A stretch of 62,397 nucleotides of DNA, counting the filler. It is 4 parts of 4 records of this genome, joined end to end, with 100 filler letters (N's around TTAATTAATTAA, not from the genome) between each part and the next. Parts side by side here need not be neighbours in the genome. Positions count along the whole stretch, not along the records: positions 1 to 29,568 come from SRR31156797_153; 3 more parts are not named here. One strand, 5' to 3'. Below, piece by piece: positions 12,941 through 24,325 of this stretch. The first letter of the stretch is position 1, and each line of letters opens with the position of its first letter. The notes below the pieces were generated by a model that searched no databases, had not been told where the DNA came from, and saw nothing but the letters and a program-made list of their open reading frames with translations. The position numbers and the translations under genes are program-made.

Positions 12941-13660
12941 ATGTTAGAACTGATTGAAAAAGTCACTCCGATGTTGCTCAACGGTACATGGATGACCATT
13001 AAAATTACGGTAATTTCAGTGACTATCGCCTCCTTGTTAGCACTACCGGCGTCGATACTTCGAATTCAAAAGTCATCACTCTACCGAGTTCCAGTACAGT
13101 TGTTTATTTCGTTCTTTAGAGGAACACCACTCATTGCTCAGTTGTTCTTAGTCTACTACGGGTCCGGTCAGTTCCGTCCGTTCTTAATGGAAATAGGACT
13201 GTGGCATTTTTTTAGAGATCCAATGAACTGCGCACTTCTGACTTTTACGCTGAATTCATTAGCGTATCAGACAGAAATTATGCGTGGAGCAATTCAGTCT
13301 GTAGACGCAGGTGAAATTGAAGCAGCTAAATCAATGGGCATGAACAACAGCTTACTTTACCGACATATTATTCTGCCTCTGGCTTATCGCATTGCATTTC
13401 CAGCACTAGGTAATGAATGCATTTTAATGCTCAAAGGCGGAGCAGTCGCCAGTGTGATCACGGTGATGGATTTAATGGGACAAACTCGTCGCGCCTTTTC
13501 ACAAACTTTCGATATATCGACTTACTTTTTGGCTGCTGCGATGTATCTGATTATTACCACCAGCTTCGTCATTGCATGGCGCTACGCAGAGCGATACCTG
13601 TACCGGCATCAGGTCCAACGAGCACCAACGAACGAACCACTGCCGACAGCAGCAAGTTAA
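12941..13660 (+). CDS. Amino-acid ABC permease (HisM-like)
   Basis: FRGTPLIAQLFLVYYG, GEIEAAKSMG. Confidence 0.9.
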   Translation: MLELIEKVTPMLLNGTWMTIKITVISVTIASLLALPASILRIQKSSLYRVPVQLFISFFRGTPLIAQLFLVYYGSGQFRPFLMEIGLWHFFRDPMNCALLTFTLNSLAYQTEIMRGAIQSVDAGEIEAAKSMGMNNSLLYRHIILPLAYRIAFPALGNECILMLKGGAVASVITVMDLMGQTRRAFSQTFDISTYFLAAAMYLIITTSFVIAWRYAERYLYRHQVQRAPTNEPLPTAAS

Positions 13661-13740
13661 TACTTATCAATCCATATTTTTAATTTCTACAGGGGCAAAC
13701 GCTTCTGGGGGATTGTTTGACCTGAAAAAGGACACATACG

Positions 13741-14763
13741 ATGAATACAATTGAACTCAAAACACCCTATTTGGTATTTCTTGGTGACGCAAATGATCTC
13801 CTGATGGCAAAAGTCGCCAAAGGCATCGCCCACTGGCGTCCGGAAAAATGTTTAGCGCAGCAACGCCTGCCCGAAGCCAGGGCCGATTTAGGTTTGCCGG
13901 ACATGACGCCTAGTGAAGCTGCCGCATGTGGAGCGAAAACGTTCATTCTCGGCCTGGCACCTGTTGGTGGTACTTTGCCTACTGACTGGGTTGATATATT
14001 GATTGAAGCGATGGAAGCCGGACTGGATGTGGCGAGTGGCCTGCACATGCGCTTAAACGATATTCCTCGTTTAGTTGAGGCCGCTGAACGTACAGGCCAA
14101 AAACTCCTTGATGTTCGCGTACCCCAAGGCCCTATGGTTTGCGGTACGGGGCTTCCTCGAACAGGTAAACGCTTGTTAGCCGTCGGCACTGATTGCTGTG
14201 TGGGTAAAATGTTCACCACACTCGCTATTCATCGCGAAATGGAAAAGCGCGGTATTCCAGCGACTTTCCGCGCTACTGGCCAAACAGGAATTTTAATTGA
14301 AGGTAATGGGGTTCCGGTTGACGCTGTCGTTTCTGACTTCATTTCAGGCATGGTGGAATCACTCACCCCCGATAATTCACCTGAACATTGGGACATAATC
14401 GAAGGACAAGGTTCTCTGCTACACCCTGCTTATGCGGGCGTGAGTTTAGGTTTGCTTCATGGGGCACAGGCCGACGTAATCATTGTGTGTCACGAAGCCG
14501 GTCGTGTGCAAATGGATGAAATGGAAGGCTTCGCGTGTCCTGATCTTCAAACCATCATCGATATCAACCTGACGATGGGACGCGTGACTAACCCTAATAT
14601 CCGTTTAGGTGGGATTGCACTTAACACTGTAAATCTTAGCCATCAAGACGCGTTGGCGGAAATTGCGCGTGTTGAAAAGCAATTCGGCGTACCAGTGGTT
14701 GACCCTGTACGCACAGGTGTAGCAAGTATTGTCGATCAGCTAGAAGAGGTCTGCTATGCGTAA
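13741..14763 (+). CDS. dgcN: DUF1611 / D-glutamate N-acetyltransferase-like
   Basis: VGTDCCVGKM, ATGQTG and EGQGSL motifs; overlaps a downstream enolase-superfamily epimerase. Confidence 0.8.
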   Translation: MNTIELKTPYLVFLGDANDLLMAKVAKGIAHWRPEKCLAQQRLPEARADLGLPDMTPSEAAACGAKTFILGLAPVGGTLPTDWVDILIEAMEAGLDVASGLHMRLNDIPRLVEAAERTGQKLLDVRVPQGPMVCGTGLPRTGKRLLAVGTDCCVGKMFTTLAIHREMEKRGIPATFRATGQTGILIEGNGVPVDAVVSDFISGMVESLTPDNSPEHWDIIEGQGSLLHPAYAGVSLGLLHGAQADVIIVCHEAGRVQMDEMEGFACPDLQTIIDINLTMGRVTNPNIRLGGIALNTVNLSHQDALAEIARVEKQFGVPVVDPVRTGVASIVDQLEEVCYA

Positions 14764-15739
14764 AATGTCGATTCGCGTAGAAAAATGGCCTCTGCACGAA
14801 CCTTTCATCATTTCTCGAATGGATCCAATGCTACACGGCGAAGTTGTAGTGGTTGAGGTTGAACAAGATGGTTATATCGGCCGTGGTGAATGTGAACGTA
14901 TGGACATTTTTGAGCCTGGTTATCCGGATGTACTTGCGTTAGTTGAAGCATTTCAGTCGGATGTGGAGTCTGGTATCAGCCGTGACAAACTACGTGAGGT
15001 AATGCCCGCAGGCGCTTCTCGGAACGCGATTGATTGTGCTTTGTTTGAATTAGAAGCAAAGCTTACCAATCAGAATGCGTGGCAGTTGGCGGGTTTCAAT
15101 GCGCCGCCACAAGAAGTAACGACCGTATTTACACTGTCACTCAATACACCTGAAAAAATGGCGATCGCTGCGACCGCTGAGAAAGACCGTCCCATTCTGA
15201 AACTAAAACTCGGACGCGATGGCGATTTGGAGCGTGTGAAAGCAGTCCGCGAAGCCGCGCCGAATGTGCGCCTGGTCATCGATGCTAATACGGGCTGGAG
15301 CTTCGAACAACTTAAGATCTACTTACCTGAACTGGCAAAGCTCGGTGTCGAAATGGTGGAACAACCGCTAAAAGACGAGGAAGAGCATTTACTGGAAACC
15401 ATCACACCAGAATTGCCGATTACTGCTGATGAATCCTGTATTGACCGTTCATCATTGACCAAATTGAAAGGTCGCTATCAGGCAGTGAATATTAAACTGG
15501 ATAAAACCGGCGGTATGACCGAAGCGTTAGAACTACTCAAGGAAGCTCAGGAAATGGGCTTTGATATCATGGTTGGCTGCATGATTGGGACATCTCTGGC
15601 TATGGCTCCTGCCCTTTTACTCGCACAGCAAGCGCGATGGGTGGATATTGACGGGCCGCTATTGCTGTCTAAAGACCGTACTCCAGCCCTGGGTTACCAC
15701 CATAGTCAGGTTCAACCGAATCAGGCTGTCTGGGGCTAA
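14756..15739 (+). CDS. dgcA: Enolase-superfamily dipeptide epimerase / N-acetyl-D-Glu racemase-like
   Basis: KLKLG, DAN, EQP, ADES, NIKLDKTGG and DIDG motifs. Confidence 0.8.
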   Translation: MRKMSIRVEKWPLHEPFIISRMDPMLHGEVVVVEVEQDGYIGRGECERMDIFEPGYPDVLALVEAFQSDVESGISRDKLREVMPAGASRNAIDCALFELEAKLTNQNAWQLAGFNAPPQEVTTVFTLSLNTPEKMAIAATAEKDRPILKLKLGRDGDLERVKAVREAAPNVRLVIDANTGWSFEQLKIYLPELAKLGVEMVEQPLKDEEEHLLETITPELPITADESCIDRSSLTKLKGRYQAVNIKLDKTGGMTEALELLKEAQEMGFDIMVGCMIGTSLAMAPALLLAQQARWVDIDGPLLLSKDRTPALGYHHSQVQPNQAVWG

Positions 15740-15757
15740 TATATTAACAGCCATTCA

Positions 15758-15793
15758 AACAATTAAGCTCGCCAAATGGCGAGCTTAATTGTT
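15758..15793. terminator. Bidirectional terminator hairpin
   Basis: AACAATTAAGCTCGCCA-AA-TGGCGAGCTTAATTGTT between convergent genes. Confidence 0.85.
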
Positions 15794-15815
15794 GTCAAAT
15801 CCACATACAAAGAGG

Positions 15816-16196
15816 TTAAACGTAGTTAACCCAAAGCACCGTTGCCCATACAGCTAATGAGCAAAACATACTCAGCATAACAATGGCCGAGCCGATGTTT
15901 TTTGCTACACCTGATAAGTCGTGATATTCCAATCCCACTCTGTCTACTACCGCTTCTATTGCGGTGTTAACCATCTCAGCAAACAACACAAAGATCATGC
16001 TCATCATAACGAACAAAGTATGCATTGCAGGCAAATCAAGCCAAAATGCCAGAATAGACAGAGGAACTAGCAGCATCAATTCTTGCTGAAACGCCGCCTC
16101 ATTTTTACACAGCCATTTAAAACCATTAAAGCTATGTACAAATGTATAAATAATGCGTTGAATACCCGTACGTTTCACTAATACTTGCTGTTGCAT
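15816..16196 (-). CDS. dgkA: Diacylglycerol kinase
   Basis: EAAFQQE, EMVNTAIEAVVD and AKNIGSA motifs. Confidence 0.93.
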   Translation of the reverse strand: MQQQVLVKRTGIQRIIYTFVHSFNGFKWLCKNEAAFQQELMLLVPLSILAFWLDLPAMHTLFVMMSMIFVLFAEMVNTAIEAVVDRVGLEYHDLSGVAKNIGSAIVMLSMFCSLAVWATVLWVNYV

Positions 16197-16218
16197 TAAA
16201 AATTTATCTCTTTGTTAA

Positions 16219-17856
16219 TTAAGCGTTGACTCGACAATTTTGAGTGATATCTAATTTCGACTGGCGAACATTCGTTTCCACTCCATACAAACCCAAAAGA
16301 CTATGGAACAAATTGTCATGTGATAACGAGCTGCTTTGCGCTTTCTGGCTCAAACAATCGACACTCAACCCTTTTTGTTGCGCGTACTGGTTGGGAATCC
16401 ACATCAACCAAGGTACGTGAGTTTGTTCTTCAGGCGCTATAGCGTACGGCGTTCCGTGCAAATACAGTCCACTTTCACCTAAAGATTCTCCATGATCTGA
16501 GATATACGTCATCATGACATTATAGTCAGCAGACGCTGTCTCTAACTCGTTGATCACTTGAGCTAAGACATAATCGGTGTAAACCAAGGTATTGTCATAG
16601 ACATTAGTAATCTGTTGGTCGTTACAGTTTTCAATATCACTTCGATCGCAAGCTGGCTGAAACGGTGCCTGAGCATCCGGATAACGATGCCAATATGTCG
16701 GGCCGTGACTGCCAATCGTATGTAAAACCAACAGCTTATTATGTTTATCTTTATCAATAAACTGCTTAGCTTTTTTCATCATCGCCATGTCGAAGCAAGT
16801 TGTGCCGTCACACTGGCTGCTTTTGAGTGAACTGTCAATTGTTGCGTAACTAAGTTTAGACGCAACGCCTTTATCACCGCCATCATTATCGACCCACAGA
16901 ACCTCAACACCAGCGTGTTGAATCACATCCAACGCATTATCTTGAGATTGAGCATGAGGTTTGTCATAACTGTTCCTGGTCATGTTGGAAAACATACAAG
17001 GGACAGAAAGTGCAGTGTATGTACCGCAAGATGAGACATTTTGAAAAGCAATTAAACCCTTATCTTGAGTGTAAGGATTGGTGTTACGTTGATAGCCATT
17101 ATAGGCAAAATTTTTAGCGCGAGCCGTTTCCCCAAGGACAACCACCATCAAGGTCGGCTTTCCATTGGAACTTTGTAATAAATGTGCGTCCAACCCTTGC
17201 TGTTTATAGGCAAGCTGCTCAGTAAAATATGCTTTTTTAAGGTACTTCGCACCATTGTAAATGTGAGCCGGTATGATCATCTTATTCAGGTAATGATTGT
17301 TGCGACCGACAGAAGCGTAATCTTTATAACTGGTTCCCGCGACCAAACCAATCCCCCCAACCGCAAGTACCACAATCCCCACTCTCGAAGCCACAGCTCT
17401 TATCCATGACTTATGAGGAACAATACGAACAGACAGAACAAACAATACCGGAACAACACCAAGAACGGTGATATAAAGTAACGTTGTACTGTTAAGGTAA
17501 AACGACACTTCGGAAGAGTTTGTTTCAAAAATGCTTTCCATCATTGTCATATCAAACATGGTTTGAAAATTAACTTGTGCATACAAAGCAGCGGCCGAAG
17601 AAAGTATCACTAAGGTAATAAAAGGCTTGAAAAAGTAAGGCCACGCAAATGCGGAAAAGATAATGATAAAGGCACAAGTCAGCAGTAAAGGCGCAGATAA
17701 GGCAAAAAATGGGTTTGGTACATCTGAACTCAACTCGAAGATTTTGCTCAGTACCGGATAATTCATCACCGTTCCAAAATAAATGGAAACTAAGACAATC
17801 AAGCTCGTCATAGTCATGGTGATTCTGGGAAAAGGTAAGCTTTTGAAATTCAGCAT
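16219..17856 (-). CDS. eptA: Lipid A phosphoethanolamine transferase
   Basis: N-terminal TM domain; VLGETAR, CGTYTALSVPCMFS, GSHGP and SDHGESLGE motifs. Confidence 0.93.
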   Translation of the reverse strand: MLNFKSLPFPRITMTMTSLIVLVSIYFGTVMNYPVLSKIFELSSDVPNPFFALSAPLLLTCAFIIIFSAFAWPYFFKPFITLVILSSAAALYAQVNFQTMFDMTMMESIFETNSSEVSFYLNSTTLLYITVLGVVPVLFVLSVRIVPHKSWIRAVASRVGIVVLAVGGIGLVAGTSYKDYASVGRNNHYLNKMIIPAHIYNGAKYLKKAYFTEQLAYKQQGLDAHLLQSSNGKPTLMVVVLGETARAKNFAYNGYQRNTNPYTQDKGLIAFQNVSSCGTYTALSVPCMFSNMTRNSYDKPHAQSQDNALDVIQHAGVEVLWVDNDGGDKGVASKLSYATIDSSLKSSQCDGTTCFDMAMMKKAKQFIDKDKHNKLLVLHTIGSHGPTYWHRYPDAQAPFQPACDRSDIENCNDQQITNVYDNTLVYTDYVLAQVINELETASADYNVMMTYISDHGESLGESGLYLHGTPYAIAPEEQTHVPWLMWIPNQYAQQKGLSVDCLSQKAQSSSLSHDNLFHSLLGLYGVETNVRQSKLDITQNCRVNA

Positions 17857-17903
17857 AATAATAGCCCAAGGTCGTTTTTATGGGCCCATACTATGAATCT
17901 AAA

Positions 17904-17920
17904 CTTAAGATTGACTTAAG
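17904..17920. promoter_or_regulatory. PmrA/CarR-type box upstream of eptA
   Basis: CTTAAG-N5-CTTAAG about 50 bp upstream of the eptA start. Confidence 0.7.
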
Positions 17921-18442
17921 AGACTTTAATAATCCGATAAAGACAGGAAGATTTAAGTTATAAAAAATATTAAAAACAAAAATAGCTCAATTTTCGTCGA
18001 GTTAACTATAAAAGACCATCTCATTTAAAATGATAAGAATTGAAATTTAATTCATTAAAAACGAATATTATCCCACTTATAACCACTATATATCAAAGCA
18101 CCTACAACCTCTTCTATAAATCATCCAACAAATAAACAAAAACCATTAACAATCAATACATTGCAAACAAACATCAATTGAATACCGATAAACCAAATGT
18201 ATATACATTGTTTAAAATGTTGATAGATTATTGAGTTTCAATTTAATATGTAGTTAATAAGTCCAAATATTCTGGCTATCGTGATTGCATATTTTTAAGG
18301 AATTATGATTGATATTTGAATTGAATCGCAGTTAATAGTTATAACACCGGTTATTTATTCACTATCACGAAATATTTGATGTCGCTAACTCAAGCCGTAA
18401 TCCCGACAAAATTTTGGGTATCGAGCTGTACGAACACCAACT

Positions 18443-19420
18443 ATGACCCAAACTTCTTCCCAGCACCGGATCGGGATAGTTATTCCGAATCAATGCTCTT
18501 TGCTTGCGCTTGGAGCAATCACTGAGCCTTTTGCTCGGGTGAACCAGATCCTTGGTGAAGAAAAATATCAGTTAGTTTATGTAGGTGAAAAACCAAAACA
18601 GCCGATCATCCTAAGTGGCTCACCATTGCCAGTAACGGCAGAGGCTCAAGCGGGATTAGACGATATAGATGATTACAACTGTTTAATCGTGATTGCAGAC
18701 CAGCTTCCCAGAAACGCGATTAAAGCAAAGACCAAGAAAGCACTCCTGGCGTATCAGCAGGGCAAAAACAAATCAATCATCGCACTTCAGGCTGGATGGT
18801 ATTGGTTGCTAGAGAGCGGTATTGGGCTTAATGACATTTGGGCGATGCACTGGCGTTGGGAAGATGAAATTAAAGCGCGTTTCCCAAAATTAAACGTTCG
18901 CTATGAAGGCCATAGCTACAGCAACAACATAATCAGTTGTGCCAGCGCGACTGAAAGCCTGCGTGTGATCGTTAATTTTTTGGCTCAATACGAAGATGCA
19001 GTCACCATTCGTGCCATTAGCGACGAATTTTATTTGGAAAGCGGTAGCGACGAACCAAATGACGTGACTGCATTCAACGTAGAGCTGCCACCACGGTTAC
19101 AAAAAGCCATTTCATTGATGGAAAGTAACTTAGAAGATCCTATTTCAGCCGATATGATCGCTGACTTAGTGCATGTTTCTCGCCGCCAGCTGGAAAGGCT
19201 GTTTAAACGCTACTTAGACACCATGCCTGCCCGTTATTACTTACAGCTGAGGCTGAAAAGCGCGCAGGGATTATTGCAGACAACCAACCACTCAGTGGTA
19301 CAAATTGGACTGATGTGTGGCTTTTCCAGTGGCCCCCATTTTTCGTCTGCATATAAACAATATTTTGAGATAACACCAAGGGAAGAACGTGCAAAACGCT
19401 TTTATGCAACCAAGGCGTAA
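18443..19420 (+). CDS. GlxA/AraC-family regulator, probably arginine-responsive
   Basis: DJ-1-like N-domain plus AraC HTH (SRRQLERLF, GFSSGPHFS); immediately upstream of the ast genes. Confidence 0.85.
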   Translation: MTQTSSQHRIGIVIPNQCSLLALGAITEPFARVNQILGEEKYQLVYVGEKPKQPIILSGSPLPVTAEAQAGLDDIDDYNCLIVIADQLPRNAIKAKTKKALLAYQQGKNKSIIALQAGWYWLLESGIGLNDIWAMHWRWEDEIKARFPKLNVRYEGHSYSNNIISCASATESLRVIVNFLAQYEDAVTIRAISDEFYLESGSDEPNDVTAFNVELPPRLQKAISLMESNLEDPISADMIADLVHVSRRQLERLFKRYLDTMPARYYLQLRLKSAQGLLQTTNHSVVQIGLMCGFSSGPHFSSAYKQYFEITPREERAKRFYATKA

Positions 19421-19530
19421 TTGTTAACGAAAGGTGAAAATTCTATAAAAACTGGTCGTTTTTACGAACGTAATGTCGTAAATCATCGCGTATTCTGAAA
19501 ATAATGGAATTATTCAAAGAGGCACTCAAG

Positions 19531-20745
19531 ATGACGTATACCCCTAACAGAACTGATTTTGACCAGTACATGATCCCTATGTTTTCCCCTGCACCATTCA
19601 TTCCGGTAAAAGGTGAAGGTTCTACGGTCTATGACCAAAATGGAAAGCAATATATTGATTTTGCTGGCGGAATCGCTGTAAACGTATTAGGTCATGCAAA
19701 CCCTCTTCTAAAAACGGTACTAACAGAACAAGCTGACCAACTTTGGCATGTAGGTAATGGTTACACCAACGAACCTGTGCTTGCATTGGCTCGTACTCTG
19801 GTTGAAAACACATTCGCGGATAAAGTGTTTTTCTGTAACTCTGGCGCAGAAGCCAACGAAGCAGCTCTGAAGCTGGCTCGTAAATACGCTTTGGATAAAC
19901 ACGATTCAAGCAAAAACGAAATCGTTGCATTTAAAAACGCATTCCACGGTCGTACGCTGTTCACTGTAACAGCGGGCGGCCAGCCTAAATACTCACAAGA
20001 TTTTGCGCCACTTCCTGGTGGTGTGCATCACGTTGATTTCAACGATCTTGAAGCAGCAAAACAGGTAATTAGCAACAAGACTTGTGCTGTTATCGTCGAA
20101 CCAATGCAAGGTGAAGGTGGTGTTGTACCGGCAACTCAAGAGTTTCTGGAAGGCTTACGCCAACTGTGTGATGAAAACGACGCTGTACTGATTTTTGACG
20201 AAGTTCAAACCGGTGTTGGTCGTACCGGTCACCTGTACGCATACATGCACTACGGCGTAACACCAGACGTACTTTCCACAGCGAAAGCGCTGGGCGGTGG
20301 TTTCCCAATCGGCGGCATTTTAACGACCGATAAATTTGCAACGGCTCTGTCTGTAGGTACACACGGTACAACTTACGGTGGTAACCCTCTTGCTTCTGCT
20401 GTTGCTAGTGCGGTTTTGAAAGAAGTGAATACACCTGAATTCATGCAAGGTGTTAGCGCAAGTCACGACCGATTCTTCACACGTCTTGAAGCTATCAATC
20501 AAAAGCTGGGCATCTTCAAGCAGGTTCGCGGTATGGGCTTATTGATTGGCTGCCAACTCAATGATGAGCATGCTGGTCAGGCAAAAACCATCAGCAACTT
20601 CGCCGCTGAACACGGATTAATGATGTTGATTGCCGGTCCAAACGTAGTGCGTTTTGCGCCAGCACTGAACATCACTGAACAAGAAATTGATACTGGCCTT
20701 GATCGTTTCGAACAAGCGCTAGAAGCGTACTTAAGTACAAAATAA
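19531..20745 (+). CDS. astC: Succinylornithine/acetylornithine aminotransferase
   Basis: [26 protein letters not shown] and TAKALGGG; start placed at MTYTPNR after a GAGG RBS. Confidence 0.9.
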   Translation: MTYTPNRTDFDQYMIPMFSPAPFIPVKGEGSTVYDQNGKQYIDFAGGIAVNVLGHANPLLKTVLTEQADQLWHVGNGYTNEPVLALARTLVENTFADKVFFCNSGAEANEAALKLARKYALDKHDSSKNEIVAFKNAFHGRTLFTVTAGGQPKYSQDFAPLPGGVHHVDFNDLEAAKQVISNKTCAVIVEPMQGEGGVVPATQEFLEGLRQLCDENDAVLIFDEVQTGVGRTGHLYAYMHYGVTPDVLSTAKALGGGFPIGGILTTDKFATALSVGTHGTTYGGNPLASAVASAVLKEVNTPEFMQGVSASHDRFFTRLEAINQKLGIFKQVRGMGLLIGCQLNDEHAGQAKTISNFAAEHGLMMLIAGPNVVRFAPALNITEQEIDTGLDRFEQALEAYLSTK

Positions 20746-20761
20746 AGGTACCAAGTAAGCC

Positions 20762-21775
20762 ATGATTGTATTACGTCCTGTAAAACTCACAGACCTAACT
20801 AACATTGAACGTCTTGCGGTTGAGAGCGGCCCTATGGTCTGTACTCTGCCAGCAAAGCGCGAGCATCTGTTACGTAAAATTGAGCAGTCAATGAATTCAT
20901 TTGATCAGGACGTTTTCTGCCCGGGAGAAGAATCTTACTTCTTTGTATTGGAAGAAACTAAAACCGGGCATTTATTAGGTACAGGGGCGATCAATGCGTT
21001 AGCGGGCTATTGTGAGGCATTTTACTCATTCCGTAATGACATTCTTATTCACTCGTCACGAGAGTTAAACGTTCACAGTCGTATTCATGCATTGACGCTA
21101 AACCACGATTTAAGTGACCACTCTCAACTGTGCTCTTTTTATATCGATCCTTCGCAGTACACCACTCGCTCACCAGCGTTAATTACGCTTGGGCGTTTAC
21201 TGTTCATGAATGCGTTTCCTAACCGATTCGCCAATGAATGGATGGCAGTGCTCCCAGGTATTGCAGACACCAACGGCCGTGCGCCTTTTTGGGAACACGT
21301 CGGCCGCAAGTTTTTCGGCATGGATTACAACCAAGTCGAATATTACAACGGTACTCGCAACAAGTCTTTTGTTGCCGAACTGATGCCTCATTACCCACTT
21401 TATGTGCCTCTGATCAATGAAGAAGCACAAGCGGTAATGGGTCAAGTTCATCAGGATGCTGAAATTCAATATCGGCTCTTAAGTGACCAGGGGTTCGAGC
21501 CAGATAAGTATGTAGAAATCTTCGATTCTGGCCCTATTTTGACCGCTCCGCATAACGCGTTGTCTTTATGTCTCAATATGAAAACCGGGTCTGTGATCAG
21601 TGAACCTCTTCACGATGACACTCAGCAATATTTGGTTGGTTACCAAGGAGCCAAAGGCTTCTGCGCATTTATCGCAGACGGAAACCAAACAGAGGATCAA
21701 TTGATCATTACACAAGAACTGATGGAAGAAGCTGGGCTAAGCCAACACCAACCGGTGTGGTTTATCGCTCTGTAA
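20762..21775 (+). CDS. Arginine N-succinyltransferase, alpha-type subunit (AruF-like)
   Basis: Paralog of the next gene: YFFVLEE, PFWEHVGRKFF, AELMPHYPLY. Confidence 0.85.
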   Translation: MIVLRPVKLTDLTNIERLAVESGPMVCTLPAKREHLLRKIEQSMNSFDQDVFCPGEESYFFVLEETKTGHLLGTGAINALAGYCEAFYSFRNDILIHSSRELNVHSRIHALTLNHDLSDHSQLCSFYIDPSQYTTRSPALITLGRLLFMNAFPNRFANEWMAVLPGIADTNGRAPFWEHVGRKFFGMDYNQVEYYNGTRNKSFVAELMPHYPLYVPLINEEAQAVMGQVHQDAEIQYRLLSDQGFEPDKYVEIFDSGPILTAPHNALSLCLNMKTGSVISEPLHDDTQQYLVGYQGAKGFCAFIADGNQTEDQLIITQELMEEAGLSQHQPVWFIAL

Positions 21776-21817
21776 TCTCTTCTCTCTTTTCAGGAAAAAT
21801 AACAAGGAATTTAAACT

Positions 21818-22864
21818 ATGATGGTAATTCGCCCAGTAACTAGAGATGATAAACAAGCTCTATTGAAACTAGCGACGAAAACCGGCGTGGGATTTACGTC
21901 TCTACCGAACAATGAATCACGTTTGGCTGAACGTATTGAGCGTATGATTGCGACATGGGAAGGCGAAGCGCCGTACCATGACCAAGGCTACCTGTTCGTA
22001 TTAGAAGATACCGAAACCAAAGAAGTGGTTGGTATTAGTGGCGTTGAAGTTGCAATTGGTTTAACAGAACCTTGGTATGATTTCCGTGTGGGCACTTTGG
22101 TACATGCGTCAAAGGAGCTTGATGTATATACCCAAATGCCAACGCTATTCTTAAGCAACGACCACACAGGTTACAGCGAACTGTGTACCCTGTTCTTAGA
22201 CCCAGATTTCCGCAAAGATAAAAACGGTCACCTGCTTTCAAAAAGCCGCATGTTGTTTATGTCGACATTCGAAGACAAATTCGCAGACAAATTGATTGCT
22301 GAAATGCGTGGTGTTTCTGATGAGAATGGTAACTCTCCTTTCTGGGAAAGTTTAGGCCGTCATTTCTTCTCCATCGACTTTAGCGAAGCTGATTACCTGA
22401 CAGGCATTGGTCAAAAAGCGTTTATCGCAGAGCTGATGCCAAAGCACCCGATGTATGTTGACTTCTTAACGGACGAAGCGAAAGCGGTCATCGCAGAAGT
22501 GCACGAAAACACCCTTCCGGCACGTAAGATTTTGGAAAGCGAAGGTATGCGCTACGAAGGTTACATCGACATTTTTGATGCGGGCCCAACGCTTGAAGCT
22601 TACACCAAAGATCTCCGCATCGTACGTGAAAGCGAAATGCGCAAAGTCGTGGTATCCAGCGACTTCGAAGAGACCGAATCAACACTGTTGATCGGCAACC
22701 AAAGCTACAAAAACTACCGTGCGATTATCGGCTGCCAGCCATGTACTGAGACTGAAATTACGCTTTCTCCAGAACAGGCTGAAACACTGAATGTGAGCAA
22801 TGGTGATGTCATTAAAGTCGCTCCACTATTTGCCAAAGAGCGCCGCGAAGAGCTAGCTCAATAA
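21818..22864 (+). CDS. astA: Arginine N-succinyltransferase
   Basis: [19 protein letters not shown] and DIFDAGP motifs. Confidence 0.93.
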   Translation: MMVIRPVTRDDKQALLKLATKTGVGFTSLPNNESRLAERIERMIATWEGEAPYHDQGYLFVLEDTETKEVVGISGVEVAIGLTEPWYDFRVGTLVHASKELDVYTQMPTLFLSNDHTGYSELCTLFLDPDFRKDKNGHLLSKSRMLFMSTFEDKFADKLIAEMRGVSDENGNSPFWESLGRHFFSIDFSEADYLTGIGQKAFIAELMPKHPMYVDFLTDEAKAVIAEVHENTLPARKILESEGMRYEGYIDIFDAGPTLEAYTKDLRIVRESEMRKVVVSSDFEETESTLLIGNQSYKNYRAIIGCQPCTETEITLSPEQAETLNVSNGDVIKVAPLFAKERREELAQ

Positions 22865-22967
22865 TAAATATCCATGGCAGAAAAGAATTTATAAGAACGT
22901 ACCCTGCCAATACTCTTTTTACCTTGCCTGCTCTTGGCTAAGAGCAGGTCTAATGGAGAACAAACTT

Positions 22968-24308
22968 ATGTCAGCTTATGAAGTTAACTTTGACGGTCTG
23001 GTGGGTCTGACCCACAACTACGCGGGTCTTTCATTCGGTAACGTTGCCTCTACTTCAAACAAGAATGCGACAGCAAACCCGAAACTCGCCGCACTGCAAG
23101 GTCTGGAGAAAATGAAAAACCTTGCAGACTCTGGTTTCAAGCAAGGTGTTTTGCCTCCTCAAGAGCGCCCATGTGTTTACACGCTACGTACTCTTGGTTT
23201 TTCTGGTACGGATGCAGAAGTTATCGCTCAAGCAGCGAAAAAAGCACCTCAACTTCTGGCTAACGTAAGCTCTGCATCTTCAATGTGGGTAGCTAACGCG
23301 GCGACGGTTTCCCCATCAGCAGATACTGCGGATAACAAAGTACACTTCACTGTTGCAAACCTGAACAACAAGTTCCACCGTTCAATTGAAGATCAAACCA
23401 CGGGCAACGCGCTACAAGCGATTTTTGCTGATAACAATCACTTTGCCCACCACGCAGCACTGCCACAGCAAATGCTGATGGGTGATGAAGGTGCAGCGAA
23501 CCATAACCGTCTATGTCGCAGTTACGGTGACAAAGGTGTTGAAGTCTTTGTTTACGGTCGTCAGGCATTTGGTGGTCAGGTTGAACCACAGAAATACCCA
23601 GCTCGCCAAACCCGTGAAGCCAGTGAAGCGGTTGCACGTCTACACCAGTTAGATGATGCTCAAACGGTATTCATGCAACAAAACCCAGACGTTATCGATC
23701 AGGGTGTATTCCACAACGACGTTATTGCAGTAAGTAACGGTCCGGTACTGTTCCACCATCAGGAAGCGTTCCTAAACCAAACTCAGTCGTTTGACGAAAT
23801 TCGTCGTAAACTCGGCCAGTTTGATTGTGAATTCACACCAATTGAAGTTCCGACCAACAAAGTATCAGTGCAAGACGCTGTAGGTACGTACCTGTTCAAC
23901 AGCCAGCTTCTGACGAAAGCAGACGGCAGCATGGTGATCGTTGTTCCGGAAGAATCTCGCAAAAACGAGCGCGTATGGACTTACCTCAACGAGCTAACGC
24001 AAAGCGGTGGTCCAATCAACGAAGTGAGAGTATTCGACCTACGTGAAAGTATGTGTAATGGCGGAGGCCCAGCATGTCTGCGCCTACGTGTGGTATTAAC
24101 GGAACAAGAGCTTCAGGCTGCGAATCAAAACGCATTGATGAACGACACTCTGTATGGTTCATTGACTCAATGGGTCGAAAAACACTATCGTGACCGTCTG
24201 ACAGAAGCTGACCTGGCGGATCCTCAGCTATTGATTGAAAACCGCACAGCGTTAGACGAACTTACGCAAATCATGAACCTTGGTTCAATTTACCCATTCC
24301 AACGCTAA
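22968..24308 (+). CDS. astB: N-succinylarginine dihydrolase
   Basis: [25 protein letters not shown] and [12 protein letters not shown] motifs. Confidence 0.95.
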   Translation: MSAYEVNFDGLVGLTHNYAGLSFGNVASTSNKNATANPKLAALQGLEKMKNLADSGFKQGVLPPQERPCVYTLRTLGFSGTDAEVIAQAAKKAPQLLANVSSASSMWVANAATVSPSADTADNKVHFTVANLNNKFHRSIEDQTTGNALQAIFADNNHFAHHAALPQQMLMGDEGAANHNRLCRSYGDKGVEVFVYGRQAFGGQVEPQKYPARQTREASEAVARLHQLDDAQTVFMQQNPDVIDQGVFHNDVIAVSNGPVLFHHQEAFLNQTQSFDEIRRKLGQFDCEFTPIEVPTNKVSVQDAVGTYLFNSQLLTKADGSMVIVVPEESRKNERVWTYLNELTQSGGPINEVRVFDLRESMCNGGGPACLRLRVVLTEQELQAANQNALMNDTLYGSLTQWVEKHYRDRLTEADLADPQLLIENRTALDELTQIMNLGSIYPFQR

Positions 24309-24325
24309 GCGAGGAACGGAACGAA

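Noticed and set aside
19454-19479. Pseudomonas ArgR-like tandem GTCG sites upstream of astC
   Set aside because: Only partial matches (GGTCGT and TGTCGT, 20-bp spacing); too weak to call from one sequence.
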